Below are positions 12,934 through 27,254 of a DNA stretch of 64,000 nucleotides, piece by piece. Source of the DNA: Podarcis filfolensis (lineage: Eukaryota). The notes beneath the pieces were generated by a model. That model was not told where the DNA came from, did no database searches, and saw only the letters and a list, made by a program, of their open reading frames with translations. Location: assembly GCA_964270895.1 (NCBI GenBank), contig OZ185438.1; one strand, given 5' to 3'. The position numbers were made by a program, and so were the translations under genes. Each line of letters begins with the position of its first letter. Positions within the stretch are counted from its first letter, which is position 1.

Positions 12934-13078
12934 CATAGAATCATGAAATTGTAACATTGGAAGGGACCACAAGGGTCATCTAGTCCAACTCCTTGCAATG
13001 CAGGCATCTTTTTGCCCACTGTGGGACTCAAACCCACAACCCTGAGACTAAGAGTCTCATTCTCTACTGACTGTACTA
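12934..13078 (-). mobile_element. tRNA-Lys(CTT)-derived SINE with CR1-like 3' tail
   Basis: Minus-strand head tagtacagtcagtagagaatgagactcttagtctcagggttgtgggtttgagtcccacagtgggca is a decayed tRNA-Lys-CTT. Tail ttggactagatgacccttgtggtcccttcca...atgattctatg is CR1-like. Confidence 0.85.
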
Positions 13079-13160
13079 TTTTATACACTCCCCCTATCTA
13101 TCACAAGGTCAAGATCATCCACCAATATTGTGCAACCAAACTGGCTTATACTCTGAAACC

Positions 13161-13511
13161 GACGTGGGTGGCACTGTGGTCTAAACCCACTGAGCCTCTT
13201 GGGCTTGCTGATCAGAAGGTCAATGGTTCGAATCCCTGCAATGAGGTGAGCTCCCGTTGCTCTGTCCCGGCTCCTGCCAAACTAGCAGTTCGAAAGCATG
13301 TCAAAGTGCAAGTAGATAAATAGGTACCGCTGCGGCAGGAAGGTAAATGCCATTTCTGTGCGCTCTGGTTTCTGTCGTGCGAGAAGCGGTTTAGCCATGC
13401 TGGCCTCATGACCCGGAAAGCTCCCTTGGCCTGAAAGCGAGATGAGCATCGCAACCCCATAGTCGCCTTTGACTGGATGTAACCGTCCAGGGGTCATTTA
13501 CCTTTTTTACC
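13161..13511 (+). mobile_element. Sauria SINE, near full length
   Basis: gacgtgggtggcactgtggtctaaacc...ggggtcatttacctttttt, flanked by the direct repeat ACTCTGAAAC. Confidence 0.92.
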
Positions 13512-13929
13512 TAACTCTGAAACTACTCAGAAGCTAGATGTACCCGGGCCTGTTTCAACTTATAGCATAGCACACTAGACAATCAAACTCCTGCTTATTT
13601 GCTCTTGCAGATAGACCATACTGTACCCAATGAGGGAATAAATAGAGAAAAATAATACATTTTACATATAGTAAGAGGAAGTCAACACATCAGCCTGGAG
13701 CGGGACTCAGCAGACAACATGAGGTGGGAAAAGGTGAATGAATGCTTACGTCAAATTTTCACTTAAAGACATGTAATCTCAGAATTTTTCACTTAAAGAC
13801 ATGTATTTACAGAAAGAAAATATGCACAGAAGCAATATATGATCATATTACCTCTTGCTTACTAATACAAGCGTCAGCCAGACAGGTTCTAATGTTACCA
13901 AATGTGCATTTATAGAAACACATATCCCT

Positions 13930-15190
13930 CTATAAGCATATCAACTTATGCCCCAATTCACTGGGACTGGATCAAAGTGTTGTCTAAGTATACACTAAGT
14001 ATTTTAATGACATAATTTTGAATCCACTGATACAAAAGGGGTAATTTGCCAAATAGGAATAGATGACAAATATATACCCTGAATCCCCGTAAAAGGGGCA
14101 AATTAAGTGCTACCAACACTTCCCTAAAGATGCTGATATGGAAAAATTAGATGGAAACAGGTGTATTGACATTGGACCAACTGATAGATGGGGAAGATGA
14201 ATTTTATACTTTTGCTGTTTTAAGACAAAAATATCATCAGATACAGCCCAATGGCATTATCTTCAATTACAACACCTCCTAACAAGTGTGTTTGGGCCAT
14301 CAGCCCTTTCAGCTTCCAAGACACCAGAGATATTGGAGCAACTGGACCACTCATTCAAAAATAAAAAGCCAACAATTACTGTTTATAGATATCTATTAAC
14401 AATACACAAGTTCATTATGCAGACTGTAAGAGATAATTGGAATAAAGAATTGGGACTATCAACTTCCCAGACATATATTAACTTTAATACCTAAGGTGTC
14501 ATTAGATTTAAAATTAAGACTAATACAACAGAAAATAATATTTAGAGTTTATTGGACTCATTTATGGTTGTATAAAAAAGGGTTAGCTAAGACAGCTCAG
14601 TGTTGGAGATGTGGCAAGGACAATGCCTCTCTGAAACATGTTTAGACAATTTTCTTTACATAACAAGCTTTAGGAGAAAGTGATGGACCGTGTAACTATG
14701 ACTGCAGAAAAAGTTAAATCTTTCAGCAGAGAATATTTTATTGAACTATATACCTGCAGTATGAAAACTATCAATGGGACAATGCAAATGGATTTTCTGT
14801 GCCCCAATGGTGGCAATAGACTGATACTGAGGAATTGGAAAAATAAAGATATGGTACCCTCCAATCAATGAACTGACAATATGAGATCACTTGCAGTTTA
14901 TGAATGGACTGCTTATAGGTGTAGTCTGTATGGATAAATATAAATTTGGAATGAATTTATACAAAATGTAGTACGCTATTAACATTTACATAAGCACTAG
15001 GACAATAACACTATCCCAATTTATACAAGAATCTACAGGAATATCGTATATTACTCTCTTTTTTTGCATATTTTCTCTTTTATATGTATCTTTGTTGTTG
15101 TTTTTCTCCATCTCACTTTTCCTTCTTTTTCTGTATCACTTTATTTCTTTTAACTGAAACCACCTTAATAAAATATAAATATTAAAAAAC
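13930..15190 (+). mobile_element. L1/Tx1 LINE, 5'-truncated ORF2 C-terminus plus 3'UTR
   Basis: Degenerate frames give GVLTLDQLIDGEDEFYTFAVLRQKY and LDLKLRLIQQKIIFRVYWTHLWLYKKGLAKTAQCWRCGKDNASLKH (CCHC knuckle). T-rich 3'UTR, AATAAA and an A-rich end. Confidence 0.88.
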
Positions 15191-17715
15191 CACTGCCCTG
15201 AAGCAAGCGTTCAACTGATAAAAGACCTTTACTTCTTAAGGTTTTGTCTTAAAGCTGTAAAAGCTTAGATATCAAGATGAAGGCATTTTCACACTCTTTT
15301 GAAGGTGATATATTTAGCCACATAAATTTAGCCAAATTTGCTGTATTCGAGAAGTAATTATTTGCAAAGCATGTATTGCAGTAAAAAAGAAGAAGTGTTA
15401 ATTGTGTGCCCTTTTGTCACTATAGCAAATGAATTCCTCCAGTCTCAATGAGTCATCTTCCTTTTCTTTACATTAGAAAAGGTTACAAAATAATTTGCAA
15501 ATATTTTTTGAAAAGAAGCGAGCTAATCAAACTCTTAGCAATCTGCTTGGATAGTAATATATAAACACACCAAAAACAATAACAAAAAACCCCCATAGAA
15601 ATATAAAAGTCCTATTTCTTTTCTCCTCAAGCATCTCAAACTATACTGCAAATTCCCACGTAGTGGCAGTGAAAGCTCTTCAGTTATTGGTCAAATTGAC
15701 GTGATGCCATAACAGTTTCACACACATTCTGACTGATGAGATCATGAAACTGAACATATTGATCGAATGCTACAACTCCTGTCAGGGACTTTGAAGGTTA
15801 TGTTGCAACCTTGATTATGTTCTAGTAGCTGAAGAGTCACACAGTAACACGGAAGTGAGCTACAGTCATACTGTGGAGATAAGGATGTTCACCCACTCCC
15901 CTTTTAACCAATATGATGTGAATATCAGAGAGGTTAAACATTCACTTGGGAAGGGAGAACAAAGCAGTCGTGCTCATGGGCAGCTTTTCATTCTCTTTAC
16001 GTAAATGCTTATATGCTGCAATAGAGAAGTGTTCACTGCTAGGGTGTTGGTTTAAATAAAACAAAGCGGAGGCATTAGGAAGAAAGATAGTAACTGTTCC
16101 CCAGGAGTCCAAAAAATTGTGGATAAGCCTGGTACCAAGCCATAATTTGTGCTACCACAAATCATATTTCTCCTTCAAGAAGGAAAAGGTAGACTCTTGA
16201 TTGTGACATCACTCTGCACTTTTGAAAGACACTCAGAACACCTATTACACCCCATAATAGGTCAAACTCTTGCCTCCTCCCCAGCTTTAAGCTGTGGAAA
16301 TGGTTTCTCTTTGTCACACTAAGGCTTGGAGGGGTATTAACATGAGTTACTGGAGATTCTCCTCATCTTTTTCAGAATAGGCAGGTGTTCACCAGAAGTA
16401 AACATTTGGGTGGATCCCTACACTTATGACTGATTGCCAAAGGCACTATCCAATAGGTGTTTGCAAAACAGACAGAACCTGTACATCGCAGAAGTAACTT
16501 GAATTACCAGGAAAACTCAAATTAGAATCTAAGCCAGCCTGCATCATGCATAAACACACATTTTGATCTTTGATGTACCTTCCTGTCTCCGTATCTCAAG
16601 ACTTCTAACTGGAAAGTTCTAAATTTGCCATATTGTGAGTGAATTGGCAATCTCCAGTTTCCTAAAAGCTTGACATCCTGATGACTCAAAATACCTCTAG
16701 GATGCTTCAGAATTTAGAATAATTTTCTCTTTTAAATGTTCATTCCTTAGCAATATTACTACATGGGAGATCAGGTTTTATCAATTCCCAGCTTTGGCTA
16801 GTGTTTGACAAGGGATTTCATTATGACATTGGATTATGACAAACACAACATTTTTTGTGCATTCTTTCACATACTATCTGCACAGTGATTACCAGCACAG
16901 GGTTTGTAAAGTTCAAAATTCAAAGAAGAACACCGTAACTAATTCTAGAATTAAGTGCAGCCATATGCTAATAGTGACACTTCTCTTGTCTGTCTGTTGT
17001 GTTTGTCTTCATCCTATTTGGTGCATTATGCAGGATATAAAAGGTAGAGAGGGGAACATTAAAGTGCATGAATTATTGTAGGCACTATGTCAAACACACT
17101 GATCTTACAAGACCAGTATAGCCATCACTTTCTGCCTTCACTTCCTGTTCAGGAGTTCAAATCGTTAAGAGAATCTGAAATGCACTTCCAGACTTACACA
17201 CAGAACAGCTGAAGACAAGGCGTATTCTCAATGGCCACAACACAAGATAATGGACTCCATGTTACTGTTCTGCTCCATCAGCAAGTAAGTAGTCTAAAAT
17301 GCCTCTTATCTGGTAGACATATCTAGAAAGAGTGTATGTACCTGTTCAACTCTGGCAAGCACCTTAGGACAAATTCCATCTCAGTGAAGTGCTGCAGGTG
17401 TTATCTTGCCAGAAACCCGCAAGTACATACAACATTCCACTGTGTGCACATTCACGTAGGCCACATTTTATGCTACGATCGTTCTCCCTCTTTCTTTCGC
17501 TTTCACACTTTAAAAGTGTCATTATATGAGTGCATTTTAATGCCTGTACATGATTAACTACACCAAACATTTCATTAAACATCATGAACTAGTGTAAGGT
17601 GGCTCTTTAGGACTTTTCAAACAATTCTTTTTCCAGCTTAAAAATATACAGATTAGTTGCAAGAAGGCTTAAACTCATACCAGTGCTCCAGCTGCAGCAG
17701 TCCCCAAGTACTCAT

Positions 17716-17938
17716 GCTACAGTGTGGTGTAGTGGTTAGATTGCTAGACTAAGACCTGGTAGACCTGGGTTCTACTCCCCACTCAACCACAAAGCTCACT
17801 GGGTGACCTTGGGCCAGTCACAGTCTCTCAGTCTAACCTACCCCATTGGGTTTTTGTGATGATAAAATGGAGTGGGTGAGAACTATGTATACCACCTTGA
17901 GCTCCTTGGAGGCAAAATGGGATATAATAATAATAATA
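17716..17938 (+). mobile_element. tRNA-derived CORE-like squamate SINE (Squam3-like)
   Basis: A-box gtggtgtagtggttag, B-box-like gggttctactcc, core gggtgaccttgggccagtc, (AAT)n tail. A degenerate second copy lies at ~26800-27015. Confidence 0.75.
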
Positions 17939-18742
17939 GAAGATATTTAATTTTTCCTGGGAAGATGTGATTCTTCTCCTCCATTTTGTCCACTACAGTT
18001 ATGAGTGCTATGGAAGACATGTTTGTATAAATGTGACTGGCCTCTGTCACTTGTGATGAGCAAAAATATTCCCATTCATTCTTATATCATTATGTGAACA
18101 TTTGGTTGATGCTTGGTTGTATTATCTGTGCTTCCCATTTTGTTTTTCTAATGATTTGTTGCTTAAAAGTCCAAAGCAAATACATAGGAAACCTTTAGTT
18201 TCATTCTGGCTTGGATACATAACTTAATTTAGGAAGGGAACTGGCTCACAGCACTGACTGAGATTTCCAAGTTCCACTTCACACTATGAAGGAAGTCAAA
18301 CCCTGTCAGTCTCACTTCCCAGTTTTGACAGCAGAAGTGAAACTGACAGACCTCACTCGCACAGTTTTATGGCAGGAATCAGAAGGGGATCTTCCTCCCT
18401 TCTCCTTCATCATCTAAGGCAAATCTCCCCCACCTCCTACTCAAGCCTGTCTCATGTGAAGCAAGACATTCCACACCTTGTCCATCTACTAATGAGTGCA
18501 TGCTATAGTAATTAAAGTGCACAGCAAGAAAGGAGGCTGATGCACCCTTTGGAGGAGGATGCAGCTAAGTGTCTCCAAGTTATGCCTTGCTCTCCACCCT
18601 TCTTTCCTAATTTGAATGTCGCAAAACAAGTTCTGCCCATTCCAAAACAGAGGAGTCCCACACATTTTAAAAGAGTATCCCAAATTACTAGTGGTGCTAT
18701 TGTATCCAGGCAAGCTAAAATTCCTTGCAGTATACTGTAATA

Positions 18743-18968
18743 CAGTGGTACCTCGGGTTACAGACGCTTCAGGTTACAGACTCTGCTAACCCAGAAATAG
18801 CTCCTTGGGTTAAGAACTTTGCTTCAGGATGAGAACAGAAATTGCGCGGCAGCGGCTCAGCGGCAGCAGGAGGCCCCATTAGCTGAAGTGGTACTTCAGG
18901 TTAACAACAGTTTCAGGTTAAGAATGGACCTCCAGAACAAATTAAGTTCTTAACCCGAGGTACCACTG
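18743..18968 (+). mobile_element. pogo/Tigger-like MITE (GGTTA subfamily)
   Basis: TA|CAGTGGTACCTCGGG...CCCGAGGTACCACTG|TA. Confidence 0.92.
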
Positions 18969-19169
18969 TAACTGGTTAGGCATTCACAAGGGAAAAAGCA
19001 TATGATCCTGTTCTCTTCAGTACAGTCAAGAGTCTCTTGAACATATTCCCTAAAGCATTACTGGAGAACTTTAAACCTTTATTAAGAGTATTACTTTTCT
19101 GTTTGTAATCTTGGTCACACATCTGTAGCATAAAAAATAAAAAAAATATGTGGAATTAAAAAAGGATGG

Positions 19170-19171
<2 letters not shown>

Positions 19172-19238
<67 letters not shown>
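19172..19238. repeat. Compound (CT)n(CA)n microsatellite
   Basis: Seen directly. Confidence 0.99.
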
Positions 19239-19243
<5 letters not shown>

Positions 19244-19879
19244 CAAATTCATTGTCAAATTGCTACTCCTGGCTCACATTAGGGAGAACAGTACAGAATT
19301 CAGTAAGTCATAATTAGTGAATTACTCTCATGGGACAGAACACGATTCTTCTAACAGCCAAGGCAAAAACATGGTGACAGGTACTTAAACAACTCAAAGC
19401 TGCTCCTTTAAATTCACTCACCACGAACCATGATCCCATCAACGATATTCTGTTTCTTATATGGAACAAAGCTATGATCTTCCAAAAGTAAAGCATGTTT
19501 GTCATTCCAAACAAGTTCAACTTTGCCGAATTTTGTAAGCCTATAAGAACTCATTCAGCTAAACAGGAAGGAGATTTAGAATTTACTCATGGTTGTTTGG
19601 GCACAGGGAACTTGAAACCTATCAGGATTGACATATACAAAATACTCCAGACAGACACCCTTTGTGACCTAATACATTTAGTACCAGACCAATTAAAACA
19701 TAATATTTTATTGTTGCTAAACCAATAAAAAGTTACACCTGCAAATGCAAATTGGGAAGTACTTTGGAAGATTTGGGAAAGGGAGAGGACACCACAAGCA
19801 TTATATTCAAATTCATAAGGACAAGAAATATCATGCTTAAAAATCTCTGTAATTTCAAACTTCTTGTGCTTTTGCATGA

Positions 19880-20070
19880 TCGTAAGAGAAAGCCTACTGG
19901 GTCAGATCAAAGGTCATCTAGTTCAGCATCCTGTGCTTACAGTGGTCAACCAGGTGCCCATGAGAAGCACACAAATAGGACATGAGTGCAACAGCTATTA
20001 AGAGGCATATTGCCTCAGACACCGAAAGTATCACACAACCAAATGATTAGTAGCTATTGGTCACCTTATT
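19880..20070 (-). mobile_element. CR1 LINE 3' end fragment
   Basis: Similar to the reverse complement of 1360-1550 and 60200-60495. Confidence 0.7.
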
Positions 20071-21701
20071 ATTTACCAGCAAGCAATACCTGGAAGCCAT
20101 GTCACCTAATTTATATTGCTTTTTTAATGGGAGAAGAAGGGTACAAAATGTTCTTCATAGCCAAACTGGGGTGGGGATGGGGAATGCAACCAGGATCTCA
20201 TGAAGAGACAGCAGTACCTAATATCATCAGCATCCAGTATGGAAGCCTTCATAACAGTGGCAATGCCATTTTACACATGTGTTCTCTGGAGACACACCTC
20301 AGCCGAAGGTGCCTGAAAGCAGAATGCTGGAGCTTTAACTGTGCACACCGATCTTCTAAAGGAAAATATGTGTGGGCTCTAGTGCAAGGTCACGACATAC
20401 AGCAGGCTTCTACTCATGTGTAAGAATGGCCTCCAGACAAAGTGGGCCATTTGATTCACCTTTTAGACTACTAGTGGTAATAATAACAATAACAATAGCA
20501 ATAACAATAATAACAAATAATAATAGTAAATAATAGTAGCAGTAGTAGCAATTTACCACCTTTTCCCCTCACAGGACTCAAGGCAACTCACAGATAACAA
20601 CAAGAACTGTGCTAAAAAGACATATGAGTTCATTTGTTATATGTGATCAAATGAGAAAGTAAAAACATTTGGGGCTGGTAATGTTTGTGGATTGACTGGC
20701 AAGGCTGGGCAATACGTATTGTCTCCTCTACGAAAGCATATGCTTTGCAGTGTCAGTTCCACACTAATAACTGAAAACACAGAGAGACATCTGGCTGTAT
20801 TTCCCAAAATTGCATGAGAACTCTGGAGGAAGTTAAGCAGTAAACCTTGAATAAACTTTGCAGTTGTGTCATTGATATTACCACAATGCAACACTGGCCA
20901 CGCTTTGTCCCTTGCAGAACATGAACTCAGAGAAAATGCTGCTGAACTGGTTTGGTAGTGGATTGGACCACACATATACAGATATTAAGTTGCCAAGCTA
21001 CTTACTTTTTAAAATGTAGTTTTGCAGACAAAAATCTGATATGTACTGGCCTTTTGAGCACAAGTTGTCCATCAGTATGAAACATTGCAAGAAGAGCAGG
21101 GATAATACAGCTCAGAGCTATGCAAGCTCTCTTACGCCAACAAGCAATATGCAATTCCATGGCAAATGATCCAAAGTCCACCGGTTATTAAAATTATAAA
21201 TATGTTGCAAAACTAAGCAGAGTTCAAAGCTACAATCCCATGCACGAAGTAAGCAAATGAAAGTCCCACTGCCTTTAATGAAGTTGCTGCACCTAATTAT
21301 GGGCTGGGCTGCAGCTTAATTCAAAGCAACGTTTAAATGAATATCACAGAGAACATTTCATCTGTGGAAGATTTGAATGAATACCACTTCAAACTCATAT
21401 TAAACATGCTATTTCACTCGGAGCAACAGGCAGGAGAACCTGAGTAGTAGGCAACAGAGCTCAAAACTCCAATTTAATTCAGGCACTTAAGATTGACAAG
21501 TCACTGCAGAAAGAGAAATACTAAAAATAAATGTAGTTAAGAAAGATCATTTGACGTTCAGCAGTTTAGCATTATGGTTTACCAGTATACAACACAATCT
21601 AACTTATTTAATTTTATTTATTTACTGTACTGAATTTATCTCCTGCCCTGCAAAAGGCAAGAATCAAGAAAAATACAGAAGATGTCACTGTTCCTCTAGA
21701 G

Positions 21702-21839
21702 CAGGAGTGGGGGAACTTTGGTCCTCCAGATGTTGCTGAACTACAATTCACATCAGCCCTAGCAAGCATGGCCACTAGCCAGGGATTATGGAAACTGTAG
21801 TTCAGCAACATCTGGAGAACTAAAGGTTCCCCATGTCCA
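21702..21839. mobile_element. hAT MITE
   Basis: Perfect 8-bp TSD CTCTAGAG; palindromic body. Confidence 0.9.
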
Positions 21840-24195
21840 CTCTAGAGCCACATTTCTCCTAGCTTAAGGTTGGTCTACAAAGGAACATATAACTAGTTCC
21901 ATGTTTCCTTTCAAAACTGTTTTCTCTCTCTTGCCTTTAGCCAAGAGGCAAAACATTCACCCATTCATTCCTTTCTAAATGCAAGCAGACTTTGTGACCT
22001 TTTGCCTACCAAATCTTAACTGACAGGACGAGGGAAGGATGGTCAACACAACCCCTTCCTCAGGCATTAGTTTTAAACATTTAAACAACAATCCTCACAC
22101 ATCTATAGAATTCTTTTGATTTTAGGATCTACTCCAGGATGACTTTGAGGGATAAGTAGACCCAACTTTAGAAGTCATTAGTCCAAAATATGGCAATAGC
22201 TGCTACCTAGAAGCCTTTTGAAAATGATGTGGCAAATTTGTGTGGAGCAGGTCTATCGAGACATAAATCAGCCACAGTCATTAAGCAACAGCACAAATGT
22301 TGAAAAGTGATTTCTCTCAGAATGTCAGATCATAGGAATGGAAGGAAACAATCACCTCCACTGCCCTACTGGTAACCTTCTTAAAGGTGCCTGGCTGGCT
22401 ACTAGAAACACATTGCTCAACCTCATTCCAGGGGTGGATAAGCTGTAGTTCATCAGCCCCAGCCTGCAAGGCCAGGCTGGGATAATGGGAGCTGGAAGAA
22501 TTCTGGAGTGCCACAGCCTTTAGAGATGGATCATCCTTACCCTTACCTTACACATAAGTTCAGTCCATAAAGACAGGTGTTTTTAAACAACAACATCTGT
22601 ATTTTTCATGCTATAGAAACATACCCAATTTTAATTGTTTGCTTCTAAAAAAAGACTTCGTTGTGAAGAGGCCTCTTCCCACTTGTGTGTTTGCTGCGTC
22701 TTTCTGCTATTTATAGCTTGTGAGAATGAATACATTAATATTTGATACTGAGTTGCATTGAAAGTGACTGAAGAAAAAAAAAATTAACGGAACTATTGTG
22801 AACATGTTCCATTTCAGCACCATTCTGTTAAAAGATAATCGCACAACTTATCTACAGTTGACCCGAGGTTTAATGAGAATCATATAAGCTAATAACTCTC
22901 CTCAAATGCAAGGAATGCTCCACAGACAAGGTCCCTGATGGTTAAAAAATATCATGCAAGAGTGGTTCATTCTAGGTTGGGGAAACTGAACCCAGTATTA
23001 CCCATGCTCACAAAGAAAACCAATGGTACATAACAATCCAACTTTATTTTCTGTGCCAGATATCCACTAACACTATTCTTATTTAGGGCATTAGTAGAAC
23101 TTTGGAACATGAACCATTGAGTTACCATAAAGAAACCAATGTGAGACTTGGAATAAAAAGGGAGCAACTCAATACTGTAAGGTGAAACACCTGCTTCAGT
23201 TTGTTTCTTAACCTTAAAGCAGAATTTTCATATCTCAATTTTATTATCTTAATTACTATTAAGCTGAAGAACATAAGGCTTGTTCTATGGTTTGGCTTTA
23301 ATGTGCAGACCAGCTTACTGAGAGATCTTTAGCTGAGAGTGGTGGTGGGGGGGACGAATTATGGTATACAAAAGAAGAACAAAAAGCAGTCTTAAGATTT
23401 TAGCATTGCAACAGCTGTTGAGGAGTAGAGAGATGATATTGTGTTTATTCATAGTTCTAGAAAGCAACTCCCTATTATTAATGTTGTTTCTATCCCTGCT
23501 CAATCCTTTGGATCAGGTTAGATATTAAAATACTTAGTTAATAATAAATTATATAAATACATTGAATTCAACTATTATTTATTCCACTGTTATTTGCCCC
23601 ATTTATTAGTTATAGCCACTGAAAACGGGATGGTGTGTTTGTGTGTTGTTTAAAGTCTTCTCCCTCTCTGAAAATGATCAAGCTCACATGCTCTCACAAT
23701 TCCCATTCCAGAGGGCATTTTCAAGATTAAGCACAGGGCAACCTAAGCAATGCTAGGAGGTAACTGTGACAAAAAAAGTAAACAAAACAATTCAACAAAA
23801 GGAAACAAGAGTTTTCTTGAAACTAAACACACAAGTCTACGATAGTTTGCATCAGTGAATGTGTGCCAAGCGACAACAAAGAAAGATAATAAATAAATAA
23901 ATTTAATGCTACACTGTAGATCTCAGGACATAAAGGGAGTAAGGAAACGATGCAACTGTGTATCACAAACATAAAAAAGAGGATGAGGCTATAAATATGC
24001 TAGCTTCCTGTTGAAGAAAAGTTACATTTCCATAGCATTTGAGCCTTTTAAACTTGCAACACAACCATACCCCCCCCCAAAAAAAACCCCAGATAAAAGC
24101 CCAGTCTCCCTCTGAGGCTGCATTCCTATATCCATTTAACTGAGGGTAACCCTCATGGAAATCAATGTGACTAACTTCTGAATAAACATGTATAG

Positions 24196-24423
24196 CAGAG
24201 CTTTCCAAACTATTCATATTTGGACATGCATCATTTCGCAACACAGTAATTCAGTTTTGCATCATTTCGTGACATAGTAATTCAGTTTTACTAGCAAACC
24301 AGAGGTTAAACTAACCCCTTTTGAGCCACGAGATGAGCGTGGGGAGTGTTTGCATGACACAACTACTGTACACACTGCAGCTGACACACTATTGTGTCAC
24401 GACACACAGTTTGGAAAGCTCTG
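24196..24423. mobile_element. hAT MITE (228 bp)
   Basis: Perfect 16-bp TIR CAGAGCTTTCCAAACT and perfect TSD ATGTATAG; internal ~31-bp tandem duplication at ~24232-24292. Confidence 0.93.
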
Positions 24424-26532
24424 ATGTATAGGATTGTGCTGCGAGTGTCCTTTCCAATACCTCTTCTCTTTTAATAGAACATGCCCTGCAACATAGCATA
24501 ACACTTCACTTATGAAAATAAAGATGCGGCAATATAATAGTTTTTTAAAAGGCTGAAAACCAGGCTGGAACTCTGATAAATATATCAGAAAAGGAACATT
24601 CTGAGAACTATCTGGTAATATACTTTTCTTTGGAACACAACACATATACACCCCACAAAAAAAGAAACCCAAATATGTTAAAGGATGTCCCAGCAGAATA
24701 GTTCTCCTGATTTCTCCATGAATATGTGGTAGATGTGTGCAGTGGCTACAACATTCACCTTATATCTGCAATCTCCCTTGTCATTCAAGCTCTGGGAGTT
24801 TTCCTGGTCAGCTTGGTTTCATTTCTCAGAAAATGTGGGGGGTTGTTGCAACTTTGGGGGGAAACTATTCAAAAGGTTTGGGATTCCAGGGTCCATCACA
24901 ACATTCCATGTTAACAGAACAATCCAACTCGGGAATATGTGCATTTGCCCCGAAATCATTGCATTTTGCCTTGATATTTAGGACATGCACAGAGCTGGTA
25001 CAATTTCCCAGTATGCAGAATGGGGAATTCTGAGTACAACTGTATATCCAGCCCAATATAGTTTAATATTTGCTGAAGGAAAAAAATGGGTTTAATGCAG
25101 GAGTGTCAGCTTAGCCCCGCGACCATGGGTGCCTAGGGCCATGGGTGCCATGCAATGTGCATGGTCCTGGCACTGAAATTTGTGGGTGCCCGGCCCCTTC
25201 ATGGGGAATTTTGTGGGTGCTCGGGCACCCAGGAAGTTGGCACTTATGGTTTGATGCTACTCCTTCATGTCTTACTCTTACAACATGGAGTCCTTCATCT
25301 ATCAATATAAACAACAGTGTTTCATTTAACATTAAGTTGGGGGGGGAATCACAAGATGACTTTTCTGTGCTTTTTGGTTTTTCCCCCTATGCAAACTGTT
25401 GGAGAATTCAACCTCCTCATCCCAGAGAATATTAAGCAAGAATGGCCCCTCTAAATTTTGTCACCCACAAATAGCATGGATAATTTGGAATGCTTTTCAT
25501 TCAGCCCTAAGAAAAAGCTGTAACATTACAGATCTGTGACCACTGCACCCATAAGGTATCATTCAGGAGTCCATAATGTAAATATCCTCCAGCACAATTT
25601 CACTTAGATGAAGGATCTTTGAACAGAAAATCAAAGGTTTGGCCAATGCCCTTAAGCAATCTGCTCCCTGAGCAACTATACAAGGCCCTTTTTAACAAGG
25701 GAAAAGCAAGAAAAAGCAGATGAGAAGTCTATGACAGTTCGGGGATAATATCACAAAGAGACTTGTAAACATAGGGTCAGGCAGCAGACACTAAAAGCAG
25801 AGCAGTACTTCACGGCATCAAAAAAGTTGAAGCATGTAGAGAAAGGTGCATTGCAGACAAGATACTGCAGGACCACTGAGGGAAAAGAGGACTCAACAAC
25901 ACATAAGGCCCATTGAATCAATGGACCTCTTATCTTATAGGCATAAAAACTAGCCGGCTAAAGTCTACAATTACAATACATGCATGTAGACACTAACATT
26001 ATTTATTACTATTATTATTTATTAAATTTCTATACTGCCCTTCATCCAAGGGTCACAGGGCAGTTTACAAAATAGAAACTCAAAAATATATACCATAGTG
26101 ACAAACAATAGCAAAACAGGGCCACAAACATGGCCACTGGGAGAGACTTCCTTTCCAACATTCCCCAACTCTAAAGATTCTCTACGTCAAGTCTTTACTT
26201 TGCTCTAAACTTTAGAAAGGCACAAGCGATAGGAGAGACTGATGTTGCTTCAGCCAGCAAGCTCAGTGCTAGATGGTTCCCACTGCCAGATGGTTCAGGA
26301 TTATCAGTGGAGATGTGGATCTTTTCTTCCACTTCACATGCCTGGCATAGGAAAAGGTAAGCAGCAGTGAGCCTCTTGCTGGTTTTGCCCTCCTTCAATG
26401 CCTGTTGCAAAGCAAGACATAAAAGAGCTCTTCCCCTGAGAAGAGGGACATTGCAGAAGTCAGAAATAACTAGCTACATAGTGTAACCAAAATTTGTGGA
26501 CCAATCTATAGCCAAATTTGCACTTTCAAGAT

Positions 26533-26763
26533 CAGGGTAGCCAACACGGTGGACTCCATGTGTTTTGGATTGTAACTCCCATCCGATCCAGCCAGCATGG
26601 CAAGTGGTTAGGCATTAGAGTTGTAGTCCACAATATTGACTCAAACTTGGGTCCCCATATGTTGTTGGACTACAACCCACATCCTGACAACTTATCCTGG
26701 AAGCTAGGGATGATGGGAGTTGTAGTCCAACAACATATGTGGACCCACAATTGAGAAAGACTG
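26533..26763. mobile_element. Two fused or truncated hAT MITEs
   Basis: Two successive copies of the ggactacaactcccatc / gatgggagttgtagtcc core. Confidence 0.65.
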
Positions 26764-27017
26764 CTCAAGGTTGTACCACCTATCGGAGCATGTTTAAACT
26801 TCAACATACAGTAGTTCTTAGAGCCTTGGACTAGGATCAGGCAGACCCCAACTCCCCATTCAGATATATCATGTACTGAGTGAAATTGGACCAGGAATTG
26901 TCTCTCAACCTAACCTACTACACAGGTCTGTGAATACAAAGAATGATAAAAGATGAACCATGTATGCTGCCCTGAGCTCTATGGGGGAAGGGTGGGATAG
27001 AAATGTAATTAATAATA

Positions 27018-27254
27018 CAGTTGTACCTTGGTTTTCAAACGCCTTGGTACTCATAAGTTTTGGCTCCCGAATGCCAAAAACCTGGAAGTGTTCCAGTTTT
27101 TGAACTTTTTTCGGAAGCCGAATGTCTGACGCAGCTTCCATTTGAGTGCAGGAAGCTCCTGCAGCCAATCAGAAGGCGTGCCTTGGTTTTCAAATGTTTT
27201 GGAAATCAAATGGACTTCCGGAATAGATTTCGTTCAAGAACCAAGGTATGACTG
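27018..27254. mobile_element. pogo/Tigger-like MITE (third subfamily)
   Basis: TA|CAGTTGTACCTTGGTTTTC...GAACCAAGGTATGACTG; related to the element at 51723. Confidence 0.8.

Noticed and set aside
19986-20423. 145-aa ORF
   Set aside because: It starts in a CR1 3' remnant and has no recognisable domain or splice support.
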